DNA of 64,000 nt from NCBI GenBank assembly GCA_963755125.1, contig CAVWIP010000017.1, positions 384,001 to 448,000 of the forward strand, given 5' to 3'. The position numbers were made by a program, and so were the translations under genes. Below, in pieces: positions 9,428 through 18,985 of the stretch (position 1 is the stretch's first letter; every line of letters begins with the position of its first letter). The notes beneath the pieces were generated by a model. The model worked only from the letters and a program-made list of their open reading frames with translations, had not been told where the DNA came from and made no database searches. Origin of the DNA: an uncultured delta proteobacterium. GTDB taxonomy: Bacteria > Myxococcota_A > Polyangia > Fen-1088.

Positions 9428-10216
9428 ATGGCCAAGCGCGTGGGTGTCGTTCTTTCTGGCTGCGGCGCCGAGGATGGTTCCGAGGTCCGCGAAGCCGTGT
9501 TGACTTTGCTGTCGCTCGAACGCGGCGGGGCCGAGCCGGTTTGTCTTGCCCCGGACCTCACCCAGTCACGGGTGGTCGACCATCTGAACGGCAAAGTCGA
9601 CCCCGGTGCGGGGCCTCGTCGGGTGTCGTCGGAATCGGCTCGCATAGCGCGCGGTCAGTTGCGCGACATCGCCAGCGTGCGCGACAATGAACTCGACGCG
9701 CTCATCTTCCCTGGCGGCCAAGGCGTGGCCTGCGTGCTGTCGAACTACGCCGACAAGGGTGTGGTTTGCAACGTGCATCCAGACGTGGAGCGTCTGCTCA
9801 AGGGCATGCTGGCGCGGCGCCGGCCTATGGGATTCATCTGCCTGGCGCCCATCCTGGCTGCTCGGGTGCTCGGGCCGGTGGCCGGCGTGCGCATCACCCT
9901 TGGCTCGCGCGCGTGTGAACCGGCCAAGCATGCCGCGGTCATGGGCGCTGACGTGCGTCCGTGCCCGGTGCGAGACATCGTGGTCGACCAGAAGACCAGC
10001 GTCGTGACCACGCCAGCCTATATGGTCGACGACGCGCGCCTGCTCGACGTGGCGGTGGGTATCGACAAGGCGGTGCGCATGGTGCTGTCGCTGGCTCGCG
10101 ATCGGCGCCCCCGACCTTCACCCGGGCCGACGGAGCCGTTGCCGGTCAAGGGGCCGCCGCCCGCCAGTCAGCCCATCCCGGCGGGCGAACCCATCGTTCG
10201 CAAGCGCCCGGGCTAG
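9428..10216 (+). CDS. elbB: ElbB/ES1-family (DJ-1/PfpI) protein
   Basis: VVLSGCGAEDGSEVREAV, ESARIARG, PGG, FICLAP, VTTPAYM; Pro-rich tail. Confidence 0.8.
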   Translation: MAKRVGVVLSGCGAEDGSEVREAVLTLLSLERGGAEPVCLAPDLTQSRVVDHLNGKVDPGAGPRRVSSESARIARGQLRDIASVRDNELDALIFPGGQGVACVLSNYADKGVVCNVHPDVERLLKGMLARRRPMGFICLAPILAARVLGPVAGVRITLGSRACEPAKHAAVMGADVRPCPVRDIVVDQKTSVVTTPAYMVDDARLLDVAVGIDKAVRMVLSLARDRRPRPSPGPTEPLPVKGPPPASQPIPAGEPIVRKRPG

Positions 10217-10308
10217 CGCCGCCGCTTGTCCGGTCCAGCAACTCCCTGTGGCTCGCGGCCCAGCCAAGGGATCTCCCGGCGGGGGACGGTCTGTGCGATG
10301 ATAGACCC

Positions 10309-10704
10309 ATGAGATTCTCCGACGTGTGCGTGATGCTGTCGTTCTTGGTGGTCATCGCGGTCATCGCCCGGATGCTGAAGGCCATCCGCTTGCTGGACGG
10401 ACGCGTGACCCTTTTGCAGGAACAGATTTCGCAGAGCCGCGCAGTCATGAAGAAGGGGGCCGCCGCCAATCCGCGAACGCCCGCGCCGGTGGTGGCACAG
10501 ACTGCTTACCAGGCGAGAAACTCCGTCCCCGCGCAAAGTCCCGGAGAGGTGACCACCTATGAGATAGAGGAAACCGACGTGGAAACGCTGCTGGCTTCCA
10601 TGACCGCCGAGCAAGAGCGCATGAAGAAGGCCATGGGGCGTGACTTCCAGGTGCGCCCAGGCAAGCGTTCCGCCGCCGCGATCCGGGGAAAGCGGGTCGG
10701 GTGA
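10309..10704 (+). CDS. Hypothetical protein with N-terminal TM helix
   Basis: Hydrophobic N-terminus followed by a coiled-coil-like segment; fills the intergenic gap. Confidence 0.5.
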   Translation: MRFSDVCVMLSFLVVIAVIARMLKAIRLLDGRVTLLQEQISQSRAVMKKGAAANPRTPAPVVAQTAYQARNSVPAQSPGEVTTYEIEETDVETLLASMTAEQERMKKAMGRDFQVRPGKRSAAAIRGKRVG

Positions 10705-10836
10705 GACTGTGCACGAAATCGCCGCTCGGCTGGAAAGGAAGCAGCCCGGGTGGCGAGCCGAAGATAGAGTAAGCAAGTCGTCAGCTGGATAGCGCGAGCG
10801 TTCGCTCGCTACCCACGCGCGGAGGCGCTGCCTCGG

Positions 10837-11355
10837 CTACTTCTCGTCGAGGCGCCGGTTCTTCTTGATCTGATCGAGCGCCTTCTGGTACTCGACTTCC
10901 CAGGTCGCGGTTCCCTCTTCCAGGTTCTTGATCCGGCGGCGCACCTCGGCGTCGACCTCGTCGTCCACCAGCATGTGCTTTTTCAGGATGTCGACCATCC
11001 GCTTTCGCAGGGTGGCGTCGTCGGCGAAGATTTCTTCGACGTGCAGGGATTGCATGAACGACTCGATGATCTGCGTGGTCATCCACTCCAGGCCCTCGTC
11101 TCCCAGGCCGAAGCTTTTCTCGTTGGCCAGCGAGCGCTTGACCTTGCCGAACTGCTCGTAGGGCAGGTTGCGTTTTTGCAGCAGATCCTTCGTTTTGTCG
11201 ACGATCTCTCGTTCTAGGCGCAGGTACTCCTTCAGCACCGCCTGCACGTCGAGTTCGGCCTCGGCCCGGTCGGTGACCGAGATATCTTCCGCGTCGACCA
11301 GTGCCTTGATGATCTCGGCACCAATCACGGGGATCTTTCCGGCGTAAAGACGCAT
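10837..11355 (-). CDS. DUF507-family protein
   Basis: MRLYAGKI...EEIFADDATLR...EVDAEVRRRIKNLEEGT; all-helical and charged; promoter-like sequence upstream. Confidence 0.75.
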   Translation of the reverse strand: MRLYAGKIPVIGAEIIKALVDAEDISVTDRAEAELDVQAVLKEYLRLEREIVDKTKDLLQKRNLPYEQFGKVKRSLANEKSFGLGDEGLEWMTTQIIESFMQSLHVEEIFADDATLRKRMVDILKKHMLVDDEVDAEVRRRIKNLEEGTATWEVEYQKALDQIKKNRRLDEK

Positions 11356-11368
11356 GGTTCTTGCGGCT

Positions 11369-11396
11369 TCTATAGGACCGGGTGGGGCTCCGTCAA
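11369..11396 (-). promoter_or_regulatory. Putative sigma70 promoter for the DUF507 gene
   Basis: TTGACG-N16-TATAGA on the minus strand. Confidence 0.5.
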
Positions 11397-11424
11397 GGAA
11401 TCACGCCGGCTCCTTTCTCGGAGC

Positions 11425-11452
11425 TTGACAGGAGAGGCCAGGCAAGCAAAAT
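11425..11452 (+). promoter_or_regulatory. Putative sigma70 promoter for tRNA-Met
   Basis: TTGACA-N16-CAAAAT followed by a GC-rich discriminator. Confidence 0.55.
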
Positions 11453-11511
11453 CCCCCGGCGTCCCTTTTCGTTTGCTCTTCGCAGACGCGTGAGCGACGC
11501 ATCAGACACCC

Positions 11512-11585
11512 GGCGGGTTAGCTCAGTTGGTTAGAGCAGGCGTTTCATACGCGCCGGGCCCTCGGTTCGAGTCCGAGACCCGCCA
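11512..11585 (+). tRNA. tRNA-Met (CAT), elongator type; CCA not encoded
   Basis: Acceptor stem GGCGGGT/ACCCGCC, D arm TAGCTCAGTTGGTTAGAGC, anticodon arm GGCGT-TTCATAC-GCGCC, T arm CTCGG-TTCGAGT-CCGAG; paired 1:72 and no GGG/CCC anticodon stem, so not an initiator. Confidence 0.92.
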
Positions 11586-11780
11586 CAATTCGAGATTCCA
11601 CAGCAGTCCGCGGAAGTCCGGCAACGGGCAAGAATCACGCGGATTTCCCGGGAAATACGGTCCAATAGCGTCCGGGCCGTTCCGTTGACGTAGACAACGT
11701 GGTCCCGCTCCGCCCGACGGTCGCTTACCCCAGTGGCTAGCGCCCTCTGTCGTTGGCGAGCGCGGTAGTACGCCCGTGCC

Positions 11781-12134
11781 TCACGACTTCATTTTCTTCG
11801 GTGCGAGTTGCCCCAGGCTGTCGCACAGGGTGCGCCAGTCGTCGCCCGTCTCGGTCAAGAAGATTCCCACGCGCGACGTGAATCGTGGGTCGACGCTTTC
11901 CATCGTGGTGGCATGCACGATTATTCCTGACACCGTGATCTCGCTCGGTGGCTCCTCGATGCGCACGGTGACCCGGATGCGGGTGCCCACCGGTCGGGAA
12001 TCGGGCATGACCAACTGCATGCCGCGCTGACTCGCGTTCACGATGCGCGAGTGGATGGTCGGGCTCAAGACATCGATGGTGATGAGGGCGGTCGCCTCAA
12101 GCGCCAGCCGGGGTCCGTCAGTGCGTCTCTCCAT
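11781..12134 (-). CDS. Single PilZ-domain protein
   Basis: ERRTDGPR...NASQRGM...VSGIIVH...VGIF. Confidence 0.75.
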   Translation of the reverse strand: MERRTDGPRLALEATALITIDVLSPTIHSRIVNASQRGMQLVMPDSRPVGTRIRVTVRIEEPPSEITVSGIIVHATTMESVDPRFTSRVGIFLTETGDDWRTLCDSLGQLAPKKMKS

Positions 12135-12169
12135 GGGCACCAGGAAAGCGTCTCCCGTCGCCCGAATCG

Positions 12170-12979
12170 CTACTTCTTCTTGGCCTTGGTTGCCGTCGAA
12201 TCATCACCGGCCGCGGGTGCGGCCGCAGGAGCAGGCGGCGTGCTTGCGGGCGCGGTGCTCTTGGACGGGGAAGCTGCGGCACCGGCGGGTGGCGCTTCCG
12301 GGGCCGCGTCGGCTGTTTCGGGATTGCGTTCCCACTTGTCCGCCCGGCCTGATCCAGTCGTGTCCGTCCCGATGCGGTCCAGACGACCATTTTCGTAGTA
12401 CTGCCATTCGTCGGGTTTGCCGTCGCCGTTGCTGTCGCGCTCGATGCGAACCAGCTTTCCGCCCTCGTAGAATTCCACGTAGTCGGGCTTGCCGTCGCCA
12501 TCCATGTCGCGCTCCATGCGCACCTTCTTGCCGTCCTGATAGTAGACCCGCTCGTCGAACTTGCCGTCGAAGTCCAGATCGAAATCCTCAGTCATAAGCA
12601 ACCCGCCCGGACCGTAGCTGTAGATGATGTCCATCTTGCCGTCGTGGTTGAGGTCGACCTGGCGACAGGTCATCTGCTGGACCTTCTGTCCACCCTGTTC
12701 CACCACCGTGTAAAGCTTGATGACATCAGGCTTGCCGTCGCCGTTGGTGTCCGCGGTGATCACCTGCTTGCCCTTGTCATCACAACGTGAGCGGTCGAAC
12801 TGGGCGCCGAAGTCGCCTTGACTGAACTTGAGCCCACTGCTGGCGGCGCCAGGTGAGGCTGCGGCGTTGCTGCCGCCACAGCCCGAGGCCGCAAGGGCCA
12901 CGGTGCAGCAGGCCAACCAGATTACTAGAATTTCGCGGGACGCCCCGCGCCCGCGTGACGATGCATGACAAGCGAACAT
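12170..12979 (-). CDS. Lipoprotein with tandem DxDxDG (Ca-binding-like) hairpin repeats
   Basis: Lipobox-like LAASGC; loops DTNGDGKPD, DLNHDGKMD, DLDFDGKFD, DMDGDGKPD, DSNGDGKPD, DTTGSGRAD; start uncertain. Confidence 0.7.
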   Translation of the reverse strand: MFACHASSRGRGASREILVIWLACCTVALAASGCGGSNAAASPGAASSGLKFSQGDFGAQFDRSRCDDKGKQVITADTNGDGKPDVIKLYTVVEQGGQKVQQMTCRQVDLNHDGKMDIIYSYGPGGLLMTEDFDLDFDGKFDERVYYQDGKKVRMERDMDGDGKPDYVEFYEGGKLVRIERDSNGDGKPDEWQYYENGRLDRIGTDTTGSGRADKWERNPETADAAPEAPPAGAAASPSKSTAPASTPPAPAAAPAAGDDSTATKAKKK

Positions 12980-13230
12980 GCGGCATAGGCTAGGCCCAAA
13001 AAAATGTGGCAGCAAGTCCCATTGATTGTCGCTGCCATGCCGCGATAGGCGATTGTCGCGTGGGGAGCCCGCTGGCTTCGTCGGCGGCGCACCATCGCGG
13101 GAGCGTATGGCGAGGCCGAGCGCGAGGGCGCGAGCGCAGCGAGCGGGTGTGGTGGGGAAGGTGCAGGTCCCGAAGTCCCCGAAGGGGGAAGCGAGCGGGG
13201 TAGGGGTGGCAGGTGGGGGCCGAAGGGCGG

Positions 13231-13332
13231 AGCGAACCCTTTGAGGGTTCCCATGATCGCGTCGGCGAAGGCGGGCTTAGCCCGCCGGAGCCAGAGCGCG
13301 GGAGGGGTTGGAAACCCTTTGAGGGTTCCCAT
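13231..13332. repeat. Two direct copies of palindromic AACCCTTTGAGGGTTCCCAT flanking a GGCGGGC-TTA-GCCCGCC hairpin (REP/MITE-like)
   Basis: Copies at 13235-13254 and 13313-13332; hairpin at 13270-13286; related copy at 27523-27547. Confidence 0.75.
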
Positions 13333-13372
13333 CTTGATTGACTGCTGACGTATGGTCATGCATGGTCCCGTC

Positions 13373-13558
13373 ATGGCGCGGAAGAAGGTTTCGACAACCG
13401 TGTACATCACGCCGGAGCAGGACGAGCTTCTCAAGCTGCTGCACCACAAGACCAAGGTGCCGGTCGCGGAATACATCCGCCAGGGAATCGACCTGGTGCT
13501 CGACCGGGAAAAGAGTCATCTTCCCGGGCAACTTTTCCTCGACGTCGTTCGCCGGTAG
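13373..13558 (+). CDS. Ribbon-helix-helix DNA-binding protein
   Basis: MARKKVSTTVYITPEQDELLKLLHHKTKVPVAEYIRQGIDLVL: beta strand followed by two helices. Confidence 0.8.
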   Translation: MARKKVSTTVYITPEQDELLKLLHHKTKVPVAEYIRQGIDLVLDREKSHLPGQLFLDVVRR

Positions 13559-13564
13559 CTGTCA

Positions 13565-15367
13565 GTGCCGACCCCCATCCAACAGATACGGAACTTCTCT
13601 ATCATCGCGCACATCGATCACGGCAAGTCGACCCTGGCGGATCGCTTGCTCGACGCAACCGGCGCCCTGACTGCGCGCGAGCAGAAGGCGCAGTTTCTCG
13701 ACAACATGGAGCTGGAACGCGAGCGAGGTATCACCATCAAGGCGGCCACCGTGCGGCTTAGCTACAAGGCCGCCGACGGGCAAACCTATGAGCTGAATCT
13801 CATCGATACCCCGGGCCACGTGGATTTCCACTATGAGGTGTCGCGTTCGTTGGCCGCGTGCGAGGGTGCGCTGCTGGTGGTGGATGCTTCGCAGGGCGTG
13901 GAGGCGCAGACCCTGGCCAATGTCTACCTGGCGACCGAGCACAATCTCGCTATCGTGCCGGTGATCAACAAGATCGATCTGCCATCGGCTGACCCCGAAG
14001 GCGCCAAGCGCCAGATCGAAGAAGTCATCGGCATCGATGCGTCGGGATCCATTCTCGCTTCAGCCAAGGATGGGCGCGGCATCGCGGACATTTTGGAAGC
14101 CGTGGTCGCGCGTATCCCCCCGCCTGTGGGGTCTCTGGCCAAGCCGCTCAAGGTGCTGCTCCTCGATAGCTGGTACGACAGCTATCGAGGCGTGGTGCTG
14201 CTGGTGCGGGTGGTCGACGGCACCCTGCGAGCGAAACAGAAGATTCGTCTGATGGCGGCGGCGCGCGACTACGAGATCGTGTCCCTGGGCGCGTTTGCGC
14301 CGTTTGCCACTGACGTGGCCGAGCTGGGGCCGGGCGAGGTGGGATTCATCACCGCCGCCATCAAGGAAGTGGCCGACGCGCGCGTGGGTGACACCATCAC
14401 GGAGGCGAGCAAGCCCTGCGAGGCGCCCCTGCCTGGCTTTCAGCCGGCTAAGCCCATGGTGTTCGCGGGCATCTTCCCGACCGATCCGGCGCGCTACGAG
14501 GATCTGCGCGATGCTCTCGACAAGCTGCGCCTGAACGACGCCTCGTTCAGCCGCGAGCCTGAAGTGTCGGCGGCGCTTGGCTTTGGCTTTCGCTGCGGCT
14601 TCCTCGGCTTGCTTCACATGGAGATCGTCCAGGAACGGCTGGAGCGCGAGTACAATCTGGATCTGGTCACCACCGCGCCCACCGTTCGTTTCCGGATCGT
14701 GCTGCGCAATGGGGACATCGTCGACCTGGACAATCCTGCCAAGTTCCCGGCGGAAGGCGAGATCGACCACATCGAGGAGCCGATGATCGCGGCGGTCATC
14801 CACACGCCGCCCGAGTTTGTGGGTGGGCTGCTCAAGCTGTGTCAGGAGCGGCGGGGCACCCAGACCAGCCTCAGTTACGCTGGCGAGAAGCGCGTGATCA
14901 TTCGCTACGATCTGCCGCTCACCGAGGTGGTGTTCGGATTCTACGACCGCATGAAATCCGTGTCGCGCGGTTATGCCTCGCTCGACTACGAGCCCAAGGG
15001 CTACCAGCCGGCGGATTTGGTGCGGCTGGACCTGTTGGTGAACGGCGACCGAGTCGATTCGCTGTCCGCGGTGGTCCACCGCGAAACCTCGTACATCAAG
15101 GGCCGCGACCTGTGCATCAAGATGAAGGAACTGATCCCGATGCAACAGTTCGAGGTCGCCATCCAGGCTGCGCTGGGCTCGCGTGTGATTGCCAAGACCG
15201 TGGTGAAGGCCTTGCGCAAGAACGTGACCGCGAAGTGCTACGGCGGCGACATCACCCGCAAGCGCAAGTTGTTAGAGAAGCAGAAGGAAGGTAAGAAGCG
15301 GATGAAGCAGGTGGGAAACGTGGAAATTCCGCAAGAGGCATTCCTGGCCATTCTCAAGGTCGAATGA
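13565..15367 (+). CDS. lepA: Elongation factor 4
   Basis: [73 protein letters not shown]. Confidence 0.98.
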   Translation: MPTPIQQIRNFSIIAHIDHGKSTLADRLLDATGALTAREQKAQFLDNMELERERGITIKAATVRLSYKAADGQTYELNLIDTPGHVDFHYEVSRSLAACEGALLVVDASQGVEAQTLANVYLATEHNLAIVPVINKIDLPSADPEGAKRQIEEVIGIDASGSILASAKDGRGIADILEAVVARIPPPVGSLAKPLKVLLLDSWYDSYRGVVLLVRVVDGTLRAKQKIRLMAAARDYEIVSLGAFAPFATDVAELGPGEVGFITAAIKEVADARVGDTITEASKPCEAPLPGFQPAKPMVFAGIFPTDPARYEDLRDALDKLRLNDASFSREPEVSAALGFGFRCGFLGLLHMEIVQERLEREYNLDLVTTAPTVRFRIVLRNGDIVDLDNPAKFPAEGEIDHIEEPMIAAVIHTPPEFVGGLLKLCQERRGTQTSLSYAGEKRVIIRYDLPLTEVVFGFYDRMKSVSRGYASLDYEPKGYQPADLVRLDLLVNGDRVDSLSAVVHRETSYIKGRDLCIKMKELIPMQQFEVAIQAALGSRVIAKTVVKALRKNVTAKCYGGDITRKRKLLEKQKEGKKRMKQVGNVEIPQEAFLAILKVE

Positions 15368-16338
15368 ACATGGTGAGCAAACTATGGTCCGCGTGGCGGA
15401 CGCACAAGTCCTGGAATCGGGCGCGCGACGAGGGCAAGCATCTGGTGAAAGAGTCGCGGCGCATCTTGAGGCGGAGGAGCTATCGCATTCCGCAGACGGT
15501 GGCCGGAGAGATCGAGGCGGCGGTGGCCGACGTCGAGTCAGCCGGTAAGGGCGAAGACTTCGAGCGCCTGCGCGAGGCCATCGCGACCCTCGACGAGCGC
15601 ATGGACAAGCACCTGGCCTTTGCGCGCAAGTCGACCGCACGCGAGTACGCCGAATCGATCGGGGTGGCCCTGGCCGTGGCCCTGCTCCTGCGCGCCTTCG
15701 TGGTGGAGGCTTTCCAGATCCCGTCGGGGTCGATGATCCCGACCCTGGAGATCGGAGACCACATCTTCGTGTCGAAGTTCGCCTACGGCATCGGGATTCC
15801 GTTCACCAACAAGAAGGTGATGGAGTTCGGCGATCCCAAGCGCGGCGATATCATCGTCTTTCGCTACCCGCCGGACCCTTCGACGGACTTCATCAAGCGC
15901 GTGGTGGGTCTGCCAGGCGATCTGGTCGAACTCCGCCACAATCAGGTCTTCATCAACGGTCAACCCATGCCGCGCGAGCGCACCGTCGGCACTTGTCGCT
16001 ACAACGAGGGTCGCAGCCCCGAGGAGGCGCGCGACTGCGAATTGTGGATCGAGATCCTCGGCAGCAAGGCCCACAAGATCTACCAGGATCCGAATCAGCC
16101 GCCGCAGGACTGGGGCCCCCGGCTGGTGCCTCCGCGCAGCGTCTTCGTCATGGGCGACAACCGCGACAACTCGCGCGACTCTCGCGTCTGGGGTTTTGTG
16201 CCCTACGACAACGTCAAGGGCCGGGCGCTGGTGGTTTGGTGGTCGCGTGATCCGGCGTACGGCGGGTGGTCACCCGAAGGCGTGGCCGAATGGTTCAAGT
16301 CCATTCGCCTCTCTCGTTTCTTCAGCGTGGTCAGATAA
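15364..16338 (+). CDS. lepB: Signal peptidase I
   Basis: [10 protein letters not shown] (catalytic Ser), [11 protein letters not shown] (catalytic Lys), [16 protein letters not shown]-terminal helical extension. Confidence 0.96.
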   Translation: MNMVSKLWSAWRTHKSWNRARDEGKHLVKESRRILRRRSYRIPQTVAGEIEAAVADVESAGKGEDFERLREAIATLDERMDKHLAFARKSTAREYAESIGVALAVALLLRAFVVEAFQIPSGSMIPTLEIGDHIFVSKFAYGIGIPFTNKKVMEFGDPKRGDIIVFRYPPDPSTDFIKRVVGLPGDLVELRHNQVFINGQPMPRERTVGTCRYNEGRSPEEARDCELWIEILGSKAHKIYQDPNQPPQDWGPRLVPPRSVFVMGDNRDNSRDSRVWGFVPYDNVKGRALVVWWSRDPAYGGWSPEGVAEWFKSIRLSRFFSVVR

Positions 16339-16373
16339 CCGGCCGCCGACTCCGGCCACCGGCCTACAGCCTG

Positions 16374-17654
16374 CTATCGCGACAGTAGATAGATCGCCGT
16401 TCCCACCACGACCAGAATGGCTCCGACCACCACCACCACGCGCTTGGCTTCCCGACGCACGGGAGCGGCATCCAGCGTCGCGAGCACGTCGGCGATGTTT
16501 TGGCGAAGCGCCGCGGCGCTCGCGTGTCGGTCATTGCGAGCCTTGGCCACCATCTTCAGCACTACTTCATCGACCGCAGCCGGGATTGCCAAATCGGGTC
16601 GCAGGCTGGATGGGGCAGGGGGTGGATCCTGCAGGTGGAACTGGATGACTTCGGTGGTGCTCTTCGCGCCCTTGAACGGGAGTTGTCCGGTGAGCATCTC
16701 GTAGGCGACCATGCCGAGCGCATAGATGTCCGAACGCCCGTCGAGCGCCTTGCCGCGCAGTTGTTCGGGCGACATGAATTCCAGAGTGCCCACGGTTTGG
16801 CCGATGGCCGTCAGGGCGGGCACGATCTTGCTCCCGTCACCCGACAGGATCTTGGCGATGCCAAAGTCGAGCACCTTGACGAAATCCGCCTCGCCGCGCC
16901 GCTCGACCATGATGTTTTCGGGCTTCATGTCACGATGGACGATGCCCTTGTCGTGCGCCTCGCCCAACGCCTCCGCGACCTGGTCCAAGATGCACAGGGC
17001 GCGGCCCGGTTCGATGACGCCATCGCGGTGCTGGATCTCCTGCAGGCTCTCGCCCCGGACCAGCTCCATGGCCAGGTAGAGCACTCCGTCCTCGGTCTGG
17101 TCGAAATCGTAGATGGTGACGGTGTGCGGGTTGCGGAGCTGCGAGCATGCCTCGGCTTCGCGCCGGAAACGGGCCACGACCGTTGCGTCGGCCACGCTGT
17201 GGGGGTGGAGGATCTTGAGCGCCACCGGCCGACCGGTGGCAAGCTGCTTACCTTCGAAGACTGCGCCAAAGCCTCCTTCGCCGATCTTGCGCTCGACCCG
17301 GTAGCGGTTGTTCAGCGTCCGACCCATCAGGTCGTTCAGGGAGCTCGGGCGGGGCGTGACGGCAATCGGAGGCGGCGTGACCGGACGAACTGCCATCGGG
17401 GTCGGTGTGAGCGGACGCGCGGCAACCGGCCCCGATCGTCCGCTCAGTGGCGAACCGGTGTGGGGCACGGGCACGCCGGATGCGGGACTCATCACGCGCA
17501 CGCCGGCGGGCTGGGACAGGGCAGGGTCGAGAACTCGTTCCAGTGACCGGTCGAGCTTTCCGGAGACAACTGGGATGGGCGCACCGCAGACGCCGCAGAA
17601 GCGAGCCTGTGGCTCGGCGGCGGTCTTGCACTGGGCGCATAGCCTGGTTGCCAT
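16374..17654 (-). CDS. Hanks-type Ser/Thr protein kinase with N-terminal zinc ribbon and C-terminal TM helix
   Basis: CAQC...CGVC; GEGGFG, VALK, HRDMKPEN, DFG, GTLEFMSPE, DIYALG. Confidence 0.95.
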   Translation of the reverse strand: MATRLCAQCKTAAEPQARFCGVCGAPIPVVSGKLDRSLERVLDPALSQPAGVRVMSPASGVPVPHTGSPLSGRSGPVAARPLTPTPMAVRPVTPPPIAVTPRPSSLNDLMGRTLNNRYRVERKIGEGGFGAVFEGKQLATGRPVALKILHPHSVADATVVARFRREAEACSQLRNPHTVTIYDFDQTEDGVLYLAMELVRGESLQEIQHRDGVIEPGRALCILDQVAEALGEAHDKGIVHRDMKPENIMVERRGEADFVKVLDFGIAKILSGDGSKIVPALTAIGQTVGTLEFMSPEQLRGKALDGRSDIYALGMVAYEMLTGQLPFKGAKSTTEVIQFHLQDPPPAPSSLRPDLAIPAAVDEVVLKMVAKARNDRHASAAALRQNIADVLATLDAAPVRREAKRVVVVVGAILVVVGTAIYLLSR

Positions 17655-17667
17655 GGGTTCCCGAAAC

Positions 17668-18933
17668 CTAGGGCTCTGTCCCGGCGTCGGCCGGACGGTC
17701 GGACGCCCCCAGCATCAGCGGACTCACAGGCGAAGGTGGAGCGGTCGACGGTGACGCCAGCTTGCCGTGCGAGGCGAGGCTGGCTCTCTCGAAGTTGCGA
17801 TCCGGTATCCTGGCACGCTGGGCGACCAGAAACAGGGCCCCGGCCAGCGCCGCCAGCAGGGTGACGAGAACGAAGGCAAGCAGAGAGCGAGCCTCCGGGA
17901 TGGGCTGCGCGGGCGCGGCTTGCGCCTCGGGACGTCGGGTGTTGGCCGTGGGCTCCTCGGGCGCCATCACGTCGGACATGGTGGACCGCAATTCTTGCGC
18001 GGAGCTGGTGTCGCCGGTCACCCTGTCGGGCGTGGCCGGGCGTCTTGCAGGCTCGGGGTCTTCCGGATCCTGACCCGGGTCGTAGGGAAGGAAGCTCACT
18101 TGGTCATCGGCGCCCGGTTCGGGCAAGCCTGGACCGTCGAAGCGGGCGAGGACCACGGTGATGTTGTCGGGGCCGTCGTGGGCGTTGGCGCACGCGATAA
18201 GCTGATCGCAAGCCTTTCTCACGTCGGGCTCATCGAGCAGGATGCGTTTGATTTCCTCGTCGCTGACCGGGCCGTGCAATCCATCCGAGCAAACCAGAAC
18301 GACATCGCCGCGACGGAGCGGAACCTGTGACAGCACGACCTCGACCTTTTCCTGCACGCCCAGCGCCTGCAGGATGATGTTGGCGTGCTCGAAGCCCTTG
18401 GCCTCTTCCAGTGTCATGGCGCCGGCTTCGATGAGCTGCCAGGCCAGAGACTGGTCCTTGGTGGTTTGGCTTAGTTGACCGGCACGCAGCACGTAGCAGC
18501 GCGAGTCCCCGATCTGCCCTATCAGCAGGGTTGCGTCGACCAGCCCGACCGCGGTGCAGGTCGTCCCCATGCCGCGTTCGCTCTGGTTGTCGCGCGATTG
18601 GGCGAAGATGCCGTCGTTGGCATCCTCGATGGCACGGCGCACACGACGCGCGAAACGTTCCCGCGACAGCGTCCCGGCGCTGCCGACCGCCGATGAAATG
18701 GATTCGACAGCCATGTTCGAGGCGACCTCGCCCGCTGCGGCCCCGCCCATGCCGTCGCACACCAGGAACAGGGCGCCCTTCTCTCCCAGCGAAAATTCGA
18801 GTGAGGCGTCGGGCGAAGGCTTTTGCGCGCCGGCGAAGTCCACCACGAGGAAGTTGTCCTCGTTGTGCTCGCGCATCAGGCCGACGTCGGTCTTGCCGTA
18901 GACCGTGATCTTGATTTCAGGAGAGATTGCCAT
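17668..18933 (-). CDS. PP2C/PPM-family Ser/Thr phosphatase with C-terminal TM helix
   Basis: TDVGLMREHNED, CDGMGG, GMGTT, IGDSRCY, CSDGL, GPDNIT. Confidence 0.95.
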   Translation of the reverse strand: MAISPEIKITVYGKTDVGLMREHNEDNFLVVDFAGAQKPSPDASLEFSLGEKGALFLVCDGMGGAAAGEVASNMAVESISSAVGSAGTLSRERFARRVRRAIEDANDGIFAQSRDNQSERGMGTTCTAVGLVDATLLIGQIGDSRCYVLRAGQLSQTTKDQSLAWQLIEAGAMTLEEAKGFEHANIILQALGVQEKVEVVLSQVPLRRGDVVLVCSDGLHGPVSDEEIKRILLDEPDVRKACDQLIACANAHDGPDNITVVLARFDGPGLPEPGADDQVSFLPYDPGQDPEDPEPARRPATPDRVTGDTSSAQELRSTMSDVMAPEEPTANTRRPEAQAAPAQPIPEARSLLAFVLVTLLAALAGALFLVAQRARIPDRNFERASLASHGKLASPSTAPPSPVSPLMLGASDRPADAGTEP

Positions 18934-18985
18934 CGGCGGGGCTCTGACTCGTCGTGATCTGTCGCCTCTTCCTATTAGCTTCGCC

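Noticed and set aside
13231..13332. CRISPR array
   Set aside because: Only two 20-bp copies with a 58-bp structured spacer, a third copy 14 kb away, and no cas genes in the window.
13373..13558. Identification of the RHH protein as CdbA
   Set aside because: It lacks the KQSLYF...RSLSW pattern I associate with CdbA/CdbB; left as a generic RHH protein.
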